Part shown: positions 39,868 through 52,498 of the stretch, one piece after another
Position numbering within the stretch: position 1 is the stretch's first letter
Layout: every line of letters starts with the position of its first letter
From: Tubiluchus corallicola
Lineage: Eukaryota > Animalia > Priapulida
Length of the DNA stretch: 64,000 nt
NCBI GenBank assembly: GCA_030141605.1
Contig: JAQGDQ010000161.1
Span: forward strand, 186,001-250,000
Reading direction: 5' to 3'
The notes under the pieces: model-generated
Told to the model about the DNA's origin: nothing
The model's input: the letters and a program-made list of their open reading frames with translations, nothing else
Database searches by the model: none
Made by a program: the position numbers and the translations under genes

Positions 39868-40431
39868 AGAATTAAAATTCAATGAGCACTTTGACTTCTT
39901 TACGATTCTTATTTTCAAAGGAATAAACTCAAATTGTACTCGCTGTATACTTGTGGACTTGTAAGATTTATGCAGTTTAGTCGTGTGTGTTATTGTTTAT
40001 TTTCACTGTTTTGTAAAATTTTTCGAACACTAAATGAAATGTTAAATAAAAAAACAATTTGTTAGCTAAATGTTGGCCTATCCTCAAGGCTCATTGTCGT
40101 CGCCGTCAATTTCGTTGTCGTTTTGTCCTTGTGATCGTTGTTGTCCTTTTCGTTGTTGTCTTCGTCGTCTTTATGATCGGCAGTGTTTGTTTTGTTATAC
40201 AGTAGCTACGAAAAATGATAAAGTTGAAAGACGAAGATGAAATATGAAGATGAAGTTGAAAGATGAAGTCAATGAAATTCAGACGGAGTATGTAAAACGC
40301 TAGCTGGAGTGATACTGCTTTGAAGAAAGATTTCCTTTTTTAGAACTCTGTCTTTCCAATCCGCGCATTATACATAATGGTCATTTAGTGGTGGTGATAA
40401 TGTGAGGAGATTTCCCATAGTTCTTATGTTC

Positions 40432-40472
40432 ATACTGAAGAAGCAACCCGTAATGGGTAGCGAAATATCTGT
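40432..40472 (+). ncRNA. Degenerate minimal hammerhead-like motif of a second family
   Basis: CUGAAGA-A-GCAACCC-GUAAU-GGGUAGC-GAAA-UA-UC, with palindromic AUAU and AATAAA shortly after. Stem I is only ~3 bp. Confidence 0.5.
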
Positions 40473-41388
40473 TTTGTTTCTAAAATAAAAGCAGGATTTT
40501 CATTAACTCGTCCATGTATCTGTCTATAATCTGTGTTTTATTGATGTATTTTCAACAATGGATGCCAAATCTATTAAAATCATACGACAAGCGTTCAAAT
40601 TCCTTTCATTACAATGACTTATCTGGAGGCTTTTTCAAAAACCTGTTCATTAAAGGACAGAAAACACTACGAATACCTAAACGGCGACCGACTGCACACG
40701 ATCCCCAAACATTATTGCATTCCACGTGCAAACTCAATCCATTTGTACCTAAGAGTTTACACAAGTTATCACGTGTAATTATATAACATGTAGTTTTTGT
40801 AATATATTTAAGAGCTGGGATCAGGTGGTCTGGCAAAGCAATTTTTATGATGTACACTAATTGATTATGTGGGTCCATAGCAATAAGCTTAATAACACAG
40901 ATTGGCAGCGCGTTCTAAGCCCGCCTACTCGGCTCATTCACATAAATTCTTACTCACTGACAGCGGTGGCAATATAAAATACTGTTACGGCATAAATGCC
41001 ATTTATTTTCGACCCTCCCCCTCCACATTGTGATGAACTCGTCCGTACGACGCCATTGCACACTGGTGATGAATACTAAGTGTAAAACCGTGGCTATAGA
41101 ATGGCCTCGTCGATTCAGTAGGTGTGTTTACCAGCTAAGCACCTGTTCCGCAATCACAACCAGCATGAGAAACACGTGACTGAAGTCTGGTAGTTTCTTC
41201 CTATAGATTTCCTGTTCAATTCGCATTTTTATGTCGTCACTACTGCTTATGTGGTACAAAATTTCAACAATCCAGTATTGAACCCCGGACGTTTTGCCGC
41301 CGTCATTACAATATATAAGCAGACCAAAATGCCACGAAGAATACGTTTAGTAATTATTCTAGAAAATGTGTCGCTGTTATATGCTTAC

Positions 41389-41392
41389 CAGG
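41389..41392 (-). other. Weak candidate 4-nt microexon CCTG
   Basis: Minus strand reads TTTAACAATTTCTTGTAG|CCTG|GTAAGC. Confidence 0.2.
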
Positions 41393-42321
41393 CTACAAGA
41401 AATTGTTAAACAAGTCACTGCGGAAAAGGATTCATTTATTTCACTGGAGAATATACTCGTTACATCAAGATTTTGTGTAAAAGATTAAACGTTGCTACCA
41501 TCGATCAAAATGCTGGGCGTCAATGAAAACATGTCAATTGACGCACAATCTTGTGAAATTGTAGTTTTTTAATTATATTACAATGAAATTGTTTCTTGTT
41601 GTATTTATTATATAAGCATGATCAGTCTAAAAGAAGTAAGCAGTAACATGGTTTTAAATATCATAAATTACAGCAGCTAAACTTTGTGAAAGGTTTCAGC
41701 TAATGTTCTTTCTGATAAAGCGTCACGTTTGCCCGTCTTTTTTGTCTTGGCGAAACTTATAATAAATCTGGTGCTTTCTAACCTTTCCAAGCATTATATG
41801 TGTGCATCAAATACCCCAAGGACAACGTTTCACTGTCATAATATCTCTGTTTTACTGATAAATATATTTTAGTTGCAGAAATCTTGAATGGATAAAAATA
41901 TAAAAAATAATATCAATAATGCGCATCAGCTTTGACTCTGATTAGTCAGTCAGTCGGTCAGTCAGTCAAATACTAAATAAATAATTCATTGTACTCAACC
42001 AATGAATAAACTGATTGACCGACTGATTTACTGATGGATTAAATGACTGTCTGGTTGACTGGCTGGAAGACTGACTGACGGACTGGCTGACTGACTGCCT
42101 GGCTGACTGCTTGACTAACGTGTAAATTGGTTAAAAACAGATTTAGACAAATGTACTTAGCGAACCATGGATGACCAACCGTGAGTCCGTGACCTTTATT
42201 GCGCCTCTGCTCAGTAGTGGAGCAAAACAGAGCAAGAAGAGCAAGCAATTCTCAAAAGAGAGGCACAAATACTTTCACGGTGAACGTTCATTCAAAATGC
42301 ATTTAAACATTAATTAAAGAT

Positions 42322-42480
42322 TAATTGCATCTGCAACTGACTAAAAAATACATTGGCTGCAGGTGCAATGGACCCAAGAAATGCATTAGTTGCATGTGCA
42401 GTGGACTGAAGAAATGCAATAACTGCACCTGCAATAGGTTCAAGAAATGCATTAATTACATCTGAGACCGGCTTGAAAAA
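42322..42480. repeat. Degenerate 33-bp minisatellite, ~5 units
   Basis: Units like TAxxTGCAxxTGCAxTGGACxxAAGAAATGCAT. Confidence 0.8.
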
Positions 42481-42538
42481 ATCTTACAGAAATTTAACAT
42501 GAATGAAGTGCGCTATACAAATTTTTGCTTGAACTTAC

Positions 42539-42546
42539 CTTTTGCC
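42539..42546 (-). other. Candidate 8-nt microexon GGCAAAAG
   Basis: Minus strand reads CATCTTTCGTTTTCTTGTCTGCAG|GGCAAAAG|GTAAGTTC, a strong pyrimidine tract and a consensus donor 8 nt apart. Confidence 0.5.
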
Positions 42547-42809
42547 CTGCAGACAAGAAAACGAAAGATGAGTGTAGAACAATTACTATCTACATTGAAT
42601 TATATTATTGATTCCAGCACCCAGTAGCAAAGATAGATTTATAGTCAGCTGTTATCATCTAAGCAAGTACACCATCTAACATGGCTTCATTGTAATGCCT
42701 CAGTGATTTGTCGCTGATACTCCCACGCACAACGAGCTGACTGAAGCAGCGCAGCATGAACTGGCCTAGTAAGACAATAGGCTGAAAATAATTGTTGTGC
42801 GAGATTAAT

Positions 42810-42926
<117 letters not shown>

Positions 42927-45654
42927 CTTTTCTATTCTCTTGTTCTTCTCCAGGAATTACAGAGTTCAGTTCACGACAGAAAATGTGGTAATTTCCAAAG
43001 ATGAACCCTTAATCCAAGAAATTTTGTTTCTATTGCTTTACAAATGATTTACCCGGCTATAATGTGAAAGGATGCGTAATAGCGTTTCTAAAGAGCAAAA
43101 GTGGCCCATGGCCATTTTGCTTGTCAGATGCATTTTTACATTGTTACATGTTTTTTAAAGTTTTTTTAAACAGAACCAAATTTTACAATTATAAGCAATA
43201 TGTTAAATAATGAGGATAAAAAAGTACTGAGTTATGCCACGTGTTGCAAATTGAGCAGTATCACTGCCTCGCAGACGAGCATGGTAATCATGTATTTAAA
43301 TCTGTCATACCCGTAAATGGTAGAACGTAGTGACGGTAAATGTACATTGCAATTTAGTATAGGATAAAAACGTTATCGTGTCAACGACCCATGCCTCTTG
43401 TTAGAAACACGATGCAACAACTAACTTTGCCAGAACACTAACTGATTTCTCGCGCGTATATTGCTGAAATTTATAAATCAATAGATTGAATTTATGGCAT
43501 GCAAATACAATTTCAGCGCAATGCTTTTGTTAGTTAAGATGATTTACATATCCCGTGAAAGTGTGAACCGCTCTTGAACATTGAGAATCTGTGGCTAAAT
43601 CTGAGTAAATTTCGCGAACATTGTCCATAAAATGTGTAATACACGTTAATGTCGGTGGTAGTAAAGTTATGAGCTAAGTTCACACACAGTTCTTTCAGCA
43701 TCAGTGTAACTCGCTTTGTCTTTGGAAAGATGGTTCAATCATCGGTGGTTTGGCTAAAGTCGAGATGAATTATACTGATGCTACGTATAAAATTACACTT
43801 ATTTTTAAAAAGTTATTTTTAACTTTCGGGACAGCAGTATCATCTGAATTATACGTGAAGTCTGATTAAAAAGGTGCAGATGGATCTTACTCTATTTATA
43901 AACGTGACGATTAATTGGCTGCTCGCTTTGTAAATGCTGACAAGCACCGAGTCAATGACATTGCCTTAGCTATTATTATTTCATATGAACTTGACAGTGC
44001 CGAAACGGTAATCTTACAGAGCCATGACTGAATTACGAAAGGACGAGATTAGCTGCTAAACTCAACAGCAGAGATTAGTGTCCGTAATGAACATTTCAGA
44101 ACTAAAACGATTTGGGAAGTTGCAAGATCTGTTATAAAGATCAGCTATAAAGGAGTTTTATGCACGTGCCTTTTTACTGAAACCGAGCGAACACATATTC
44201 AGGCAATGCGTCAACACAATCTCTTTAGCAGAAAAGGTTCGCTGCCAGTGTGCTACAGTTTCATGAGACCAAAAAAATTTAAAACCATGAAAAACTCCGC
44301 TTGAACGCAGCAAATAAACGTTTTTCCTCAACTATATAACTTCTTTGTTCTACGAACTGTCAGTTCTATTTTGCAAAATTACATGCAGATGGGAATTTAC
44401 ATAAATGCATTAATGTAGTAGTTCAAATTACGTTCAACCTTCAGAAACTCTTCCCACGTAAATGAGTATGAGTTTCAAAGCTTGCACTGATGAAGTGTCA
44501 TGATTATGTAAGCCTCAACGTAAACTGTAGAGTTTTAGAGCGTGTATGGTTGCCTTTTTAATCACAGCAACTCGCGAAGGCGGAGTTTCCTTTTAAATTA
44601 TCAAGCAAGCCACTTAACAAATAATAATATATCATTTATTGATTTCGCTGGTAGCAGTAATCCATATGCATAGCAGCTGTTCCAATTGAAAAAACTTTTA
44701 GCAAAGCTCTACCCACAGTTAAATATATATTGAAAAGACTGTACACATCAATGTGTTTTCAAAAGAATATTATATTCGACAATTTAATTATGCAATGCAT
44801 TTAATTTTCTGATGATTTAACTCAATGTACAAAATTTATGCTGCTGCGTTACTGCCCAAATTTATGAAGACCAAAGCAACCTCTGCTGCTCCAGTATCTC
44901 ATCTTAGGGCTTTCATTGGCATTTAGTTGGGTTGAAACAGCAGTTCTTACATTTTTCGTAACACCATTATGAAATTTTATGGTTTGGATGTAGTTTGTCC
45001 GTTGGGATTTCACCGGTTGAACGGCCTGGCATCAGATTTATATGTGGCGCTCTGCAATGCGATCATGTGTAATCATTCCTTAAAAGCATTGGTACATTAG
45101 AGTACCTTGTTCTGCACTTTAATATTAGCAACAATGTGTAAGATGCTTATGATAAGAGCTGTAATAAGTGACTTGTAACACGATAAATCAGCCTCAATGT
45201 TTAAAATTACCTGACCTGGTCAAATACCTCTTGCAAATAGGAAGCAAATGAACTGAAGCCAAGTTTCGTGGAGATTAATTTTGTTCTCTGCATGTTCTGG
45301 AAGCCAAATGGATGCATTGTAATTTCGGATTTAATAAATAGTGATGTCTTCTCTTGTTTGAATCTGATTTGAGACGACAATTTGCGTAAAATGATATTTC
45401 GCAAAGTTTATAAATAATTGCTATTACTTATTGTTTTATTATTTTATCAGCTAATATTTAATTACACAAAATAATTTCTGAAGGTTTGTTCAAGTAGAAA
45501 TTATTTCTTCTCATTTTTTGTGATACGTGTTCATCAATACTTTAATTATTATAATATTATTATTATTTTTATTTAAAGTCTCCGTTCGATGAACAATTAA
45601 CATAAGGCACCTGTAAATAACAAACTACAACTACATATCACAGACTACTATTAC

Positions 45655-45789
45655 CTCGCGTTTGCCCTAAATATTACGCGCCAGAGTAACAGAAGGTACC
45701 ATTTTTAAAGTCGTTGGTATGACGCGACCGCAGTATCGAACTCTCGACCTTCCAGAAGAAAAACAGACGCGTTACCACTAGACTATACC
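45655..45789 (-). mobile_element. tRNA-derived SINE 5' portion
   Basis: A box TAGTCTAGTGG (45785-45775) and B box GTTCGATAC (45741-45733), followed by the SINE-body-like GTCATACCAACGACTTTAAAAATGGTACC. Confidence 0.7.
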
Positions 45790-45892
45790 ATCTGTTTGCT
45801 ATTGGAGATTTATAAATGAACTACACTTGTAAAGAATGTGTATTATAAGCTAAGGCGAATGGCAGACTGATCATGGTATATACTTTGCAACA

Positions 45893-46056
<164 letters not shown>

Positions 46057-46316
46057 TTGCCTTTTCGGTTGCGATATTCAGTTTTAACTGAGATTATACG
46101 CTACATGTTACGTGCAAGGTCTGGTGCTACATGATGAAGCCATGCATGAAAACTGATCGAGTTCCAAATTAACTTTCACAATTCTGCTTCGTCAACTAAC
46201 TGGCTCCCTCTACAGGCAGCGAAACAAAACGGCGTTGGATTGCTTAATTTCAAAAAACATAAAGTTGATTAGAACGACTACAATAAAAATGACTACAGTT
46301 GCCCTTATAATTATTT

Positions 46317-46487
46317 GAATGAATGAATGAACAAATGAATGAATGAACAAATAAATGAATGAATGAATGAATGAATGAATGAATGAATGAATGAATGAAT
46401 GAATGAATGAATGAATGAATGAATGAATGAATGAATGAATGAATGAATGAATGAATGAACAAATGAAGGAGAGAATGAATGAATGAA
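46317..46487. repeat. (GAAT)n microsatellite
   Basis: GAAT run. Confidence 0.95.
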
Positions 46488-46863
46488 TTAATGTATAAAT
46501 GATCAGTCAATAAAATAAATGAATGAATAAGTTAATAAAAATATAACAAGCAAACGAGCATTCGATAAGAATTTTAAAACCCAGTAAATTTTAAACAGCT
46601 GACAGACACATGACATTTTGAACCCACATCAATAGTAATCCGAGCTTGGGTAGGGCGTTTGTCGCGTACGTCTGTCTGTTTGTCTGCCTGCCTATCTGTC
46701 TGTCTGTCTATCCATCTGTCTTCTTGGCAAAACGTGCCTGTTGAGTCTACGGATCTCTTCATTCTAATTTAATAAACAATGTGATGAACCGATTTAATGT
46801 ATCCTTTAAACAGACTACGTAAGACAGCACAAAAAACAACAAAAATCAATGCGACATGCTTAC

Positions 46864-46926
46864 CTTGCTATGAAGTATGCTAGCCGTATAATTCAGATTT
46901 TGGTGTGACGTCGTAAACGAAGCCAT
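46864..46926 (-). CDS. Candidate alternative first coding exon (MASFTTSHQNLNYTASILHSK)
   Basis: Strong start context AAGATGG, 21 open codons and a phase-0 donor AAG|GTAAGC compatible with the Di-Ras exon. No homology recognised. Confidence 0.3.
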
Positions 46927-49900
46927 CTTTACTCTTAACTTTATTAACACAAATAATTCAATAATTGACGAATCTTCAGATCAGACGACTGAATTATGCT
47001 AATCAATTACGCTGAATGGTCAGTGTCCTTTGACCATTCGGAACTTGGTTTATAAGTGCTCAGCCGCTAAGCACTTTCCACTATAATTTTCGCTATGTAC
47101 ACAATAGGAAACCATTACGATTGGAACAGGATCCAAATTAATAGTTTCAGAAAATTGACATCGGTTAATCACAGAGCAGGAATCCATAAAGAAGACCCGG
47201 CGAATGCCAAATCATGTCATATTCTCAAAATTGTCTATAAGGTCATTTCGTAGTTCATAAACACTGTGTGGTAGCGATGTCTATAGTAGCCTCTATTAGA
47301 CCATACATACAGTTACTAAAACAACTCAAACATTCGCGAAGAGTGCGTGTACAAATTCTCGTTAAACTAAAAGTTATAGCAATAATTAATTTCAGCAGTT
47401 TTAGTGTTTCAGTAGTGTAGTGACTGAAGATTCGCTCTCTGAAAATGAACTAATAATGCTCGAGCGAAATCCTCCATATCATTACAGTTATAAATATACA
47501 TTATATCGCAGACCTCAATTTGTCATCGCTCTACTATTACCCTTTAAAACACTTGACTAATGAAAAATTGTAATAATAGCCGAGAAATAGAAGTTCTTCG
47601 ATGTATGCTTAGACGTGACTTAGCTGTGGAAGGAATGGATAATAAATTGATAAAAGCTGTAGATAGAGTATTTGTTACATGTTAATATATGCTACGTGCA
47701 ATCTACGTGAGTACGATTTAAAGCATAATCCAATTTACTTAAAGAGCGATTTAAACAAACTACGGTAATTTTAGCAGATTGAATGTATCCTGGGCAGTGG
47801 GAAAAATATGCCATTTTTTCGGTACGTTTTTTAATATTGAGAATATTACCAGTTAATCTACCTGAGTACGATAAGACGGATCCTACCTAATCCATCCAAA
47901 TCACTCAATAGTTACAATCGTCTAAAAATTATAAGTTCAGATCAAATTTGAGTTTTACCAAAGCTTAATTTTCGACAATACATAATTTCACTGATTTTCA
48001 AGTAGAACAGAGCACGTGTCGTGAGTTCGTTACCGTCCGAAAACGCAAACTGTAATATACAAGGACACAATCACACACGAAAAAATATTCGATTTTCATT
48101 ATTTTCCTGACGGTTTGCATCAGTTAGTCCAACCTTTTATCGTACTGTATGAAATGTATAAGCAACGAATTTACCGAAGTTATCACCTCTCCGGTATTCA
48201 CCATGATTAACTCTTCTCTGTAATTTCATGCGTTACCATTATATGAATGATTATAGCATGGAATGCAGAAAACTATGTTCGCGTCCAAGCATTTCAGGTT
48301 TTCTAAGTCATTTCATTCACAAGCAGTTGTATCAGCAATTCTTTTGCGATCAAAAACGACAAAACATAGAAAACTGACTTCTATGGTTTAGCACTATAGC
48401 AAATAAGAAATTGTAGGTTTTTATCACAAGTATGTATATAATTTTACAAATAAAGTTGTTAATGTTTCTGTTTCACCATAACTTTACTTTTTCCGACAAT
48501 AGAGCAGATTCGTGTCCGGACAATAGTTAAACTTCCGCCCACGTGGTTAAACTTGTAACGTTCTAGGGTTTCCCACTTTGTCATGTTAGTGGTTTCCGCT
48601 GATCACGTGACTGTGAATTTCTAGTGGTGTTAGCCCAGGCCTATTCTTGATTTACGTCATCGGAAAATCAATGACCCGGATTAAGGAGACTACATTAAAA
48701 CATGAGTGGGTTTAAAACTTTATTCTGAGATGTTCATAAGTCAGTTCAATAATACTTGCTAACACTGGTTCATCATCTTAGATGCATCATTTTGATTGGC
48801 CGCATCATCTTTCTGACAAGATGCGCTTTTCACGTTAATTGCCTTTTTAGTGAATGTTTAATTAACTTTCCAATTATTTAAGTTTTGGCTTTCTTACTGA
48901 TACAGGTCAGATTTAGATAAAAGCCCTAGTTACCTCTCTAATAAGTGTCTAATTATAATCAGTGTCTAAATAGAACAACATGAAAACAATTCGGAATAAA
49001 TTCATAATCCTTTAATAAACTGAAGTTCAGAATTAAAAATGCAAAGATTTTGCTGCAGATTTTCTATTTACATCTCAAAATATCTAAGACACTATATTTC
49101 AATTGCCTAATGAAATATTCGAACTTTCTTACTTCAGCCATTTTAACCCTCTAACAACAAATTAATAATTTAATTTAATCGAAAATGACATCTAGACCTG
49201 TATCGTGCATGTGTCAATTGGGAAAGAAACAAAAAATCAACTTTTATTCCGACAGAAAAGCCTAGTAAGCTGTGCACCGATGCTTAATTGCAGTCATAGT
49301 TAAAAAATAAAACAGATTTTTGTTCAGATGTAGGCCTACGTAAAATAAGTCATTGGCCAAAAGACTAAAAATAAGTAATTTCATGTTTCCACGTGTAAAA
49401 AATGTTATGTCGTCGTGTCCCAAACAGAGAATAATGCAAACATTTGACGCCAAAATAGGTCTAACGTGGTTTACCAACATTTCCCGACATGTTTGTATAA
49501 CAACATCAATGTCATTGCCGCAGCTACCATCATCATCATCATCGTCAACATCATCATCATCATTATTATTATTGTCATCACCATGAAAATGGCGCTGTGG
49601 GGTCTCGGGTAATTGCGAAATAAAATTTTCACTAAATTCATTCACTTGTTCCAAGTAGCGTATATAATCATGACTGATGAATTGTCAAAATAGTAAAAGT
49701 CCGAAATCAGTTTGGCACCCTAGATTAAATATTTAGCTGTTGGCCTGGAACTACTTTCCTGACGAAAAAGCAAAAAAAGCTTAGCTGGGTGAAACAAAGC
49801 AAACTTTCCACTCTTGACTGTATAGTTTCGCAATTGTAATAATATTGTTTAAACAGCGCTTTTGCAGATCGGACCGTCAATGTAAAAGTGACGACCGTTT

Positions 49901-51714
49901 CCACTGAATCTCTTTTTCTCTTTGGACAATTGCGTAATTCATTTTAGCAAACGGAATTGAGTCTGCAGTGAAACTGAATTAAACGATTCTACTCGCTTTT
50001 CATTCATACCGTGGCGCGGTTTTTGCGCATGACAGCCAAACACCATTATAAGCTCAATGTCTTAAGAAGCTTAGCATGGTGTATGGCGTTGTACTCTTAT
50101 TTAGCGAGCACTTGAGAGGAAAATCGAACCCATCAGTGGTAGAGTCTCTTCCACTCGTTAATCGAATACAGTGAATTCCAATCAATGGAATTCATCTTAG
50201 AATTGGATAGTATGATTTTATGGTATTGGTTTTTGGTTGGACTATTCTTTAGGAAGGCCTTAACTTTTAACTGCAGTTAATAGACCTCCATATCGTTTAC
50301 TATAACAATTGCATCCGTAACGCATAATTATTTAAACTGTTACATTTTATTAATAAATCTAGAGCTGCCAAGCATTTGAAGTAAAAATTAGTGTGAAACA
50401 TGGAAAACCCGTCTCGCCAGGATCAAAAACAAATTATCAAAAAAATGAGTAATAAAATAAACACATTGGAGATGTGTCCAAAGTGATTTCTGCTGTGAGC
50501 TTTTAATGCTGTCATTGGAGTACACTATGATTTCTATACAAATGTATTCTGAGACTCATGAATACTACTGTATTATTGAGAATGGTACTACTAATTATGT
50601 TGTAGTTGGTACTCATGGTAAAGGAAACCAGGTTATTTGCAAACTTGCGTGTGAAGTTGCTGAATGTGTGATAACTGACATTTGATGAGTGTACACGTGT
50701 AAAAGACCTGTGCCTGTGAAACGCTGCCTGTAAAACACCTGCAAAAATGCCTTTGACACACGCCTATTGCGTGAGAGTTTGTAGATCTGTGAAGGGATAT
50801 GCACATGTTTGTGCCATTGTGCTATCGATACGCTGTATATCATCAGTAAAATTTTCTTAATGACATCAACTAAGAAATGTAATAGATTTAGAGTTGCTAA
50901 TACGTTTTTCTAAATTTTCAACTAGGCTTTGTTTAGGATTACATTATAATGAAAGCATTGTATAGAACCAGATCTAGATACTAAGCTACAAAAAACAAAT
51001 TAACTGTGATTTTGATTTAGTGCTGCGCCCATCATATTGCGAATTTCTTTAAGGTAATCCAGCCTTGTAAGAAATTTAAACGCCAACTCTGTCCCATCAG
51101 ACATAAAGATAACCCTTTTTAATCGATCTGAGTAGGGCAAATTATAGTAAAAGTTCTCGTGCGTAGTTTGTCAGCTATAAATGACATTGCACAAAGAACT
51201 ATTCAATCCAGTTATGCAGTTTTAATTTGTTATTCGAGATTAGGATAAAAAGCGTAGTAGCAAGCTCGTGTTGTATATTTATGCCATATATTAAGTTGTT
51301 TATGTAGCTAAAACGATAGAAAAATGTGATACAGCCTACAGCTAATCATTGTCTGCAAATGGTACTAAAAATTCATGAGATAGTAGATTTCATAGTAGAT
51401 TTTATTTCCTACTATTATTAGGTTAGTGTATAAAGGTAAAATAATTTATATTATTAAGCCTGGATTTGTTGTAAAGCGTCTATTACAGGTTGTCCATTAC
51501 AGCGTCCAAAGCGTTTTAAAAGAGCACCGAATTTTAATGCTCCCTCCTTTTTATCGAGAAAAAAGAAAGTAATGTACCAATTAGTGGAACTACTGAGTTT
51601 ACAATACTGTCGTCGCCATCTACTGATACAATAGTGAACAGTTGTTGGAGGGGATGCAGCGCAGGCTGATTTTCATAAATTTTGTCAATACAAAACACTA
51701 GTTGGTTAACTTAT

Positions 51715-51853
51715 ATATAAGTTTTGTATATTAGTGTCATAATTTGTTGTGCTAGTTGCCCTTTAACTTGTCGGAGATATGTGCTAGATGCTATTTTTGT
51801 TATTAGAGTGTTCATCCCATGAAAGATTATTGTCTACCTGTATGCCGAGAAAT
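51715..51853 (-). mobile_element. Short diverged copy of the neighbouring LINE RT-distal segment
   Basis: TAGTTGCCCTTTAACTTGTCGGAGATATG...CATCCCATGAAAGATTATTGTCTAC matches ~53238-53385, with deletions. Confidence 0.85.
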
Positions 51854-51869
51854 TATATATATATGGATA

Positions 51870-52463
51870 TATAACCGACGAGGCTACAGCTGCGACAACG
51901 GTACCATTTTCGACGATCTATACGTCAAACAACAGGTCTCCACCCAGGCGTTCGCACCTTGGGGTTTATTTTTCGAACTGGGTCCATCGTGAGGAACGGT
52001 GGGCGAAAAACCTCCAAAAATCGCCCTTTTTGACCGTTTTCCAAAAAATTGTAAAACTTATATCTCTTATTTCTAGAAATCCGGAATCGGCCGGAAGGGT
52101 GCTGGTAATAATTGAATAGCCCATTCAACGGGGGGTGTAATAGTCATATTTAGATTTTACGAGAGGGTCACCAGTGCTCGCTACGGGCATTTTCCTGGAC
52201 CCAACTCCCAATTTTTTCGAAATTTTGGCCAAACGGCCTGTAGAAAAAACGTTCTAGCGGCTTTCAGTGGGACTCTTGGAAGGAGATATATAGCTCTTTA
52301 GAAAAAGGAAGAACAGGGATACACGATGATGTGGGCTGCATTTTAGGACATGTCCATCAAGAGGAGTGACGACGAGATGTTAATTAGATGTTCCATTTTT
52401 GGCAATTTTCGCTTGGAGAACTGCTGACGCAAAGCAATTGCTGTGACGTCATCCATTATACTC

Positions 52464-52468
<5 letters not shown>
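51870..52468. mobile_element. Unclassified relatively GC-rich interspersed element bounded by (TA)n runs
   Basis: Sharp compositional change between two TA tracts and loose motif similarity to 25440-25830. No coding signature. Confidence 0.35.

Positions 52469-52494
<26 letters not shown>

Positions 52495-52498
<4 letters not shown>

Larger units (their letters stand above)
39524..39919. mobile_element. Fold-back insertion, probably an inverted pair of Penelope-like element pseudo-LTR ends
   Basis: Inverted arms of ~190 bp, including a perfect 45-bp core (39666-39710 / 39726-39770). Flanking 14-bp direct repeat GGAATAAACTCAAA (39510-39523, 39920-39933). Each arm has a hammerhead core. Confidence 0.8.

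Noticed and set aside
42322-42480. Regularly spaced repeats considered as a CRISPR-like array
   Set aside because: Contiguous tandem units with no unique spacers, no cas genes, and a eukaryotic context.
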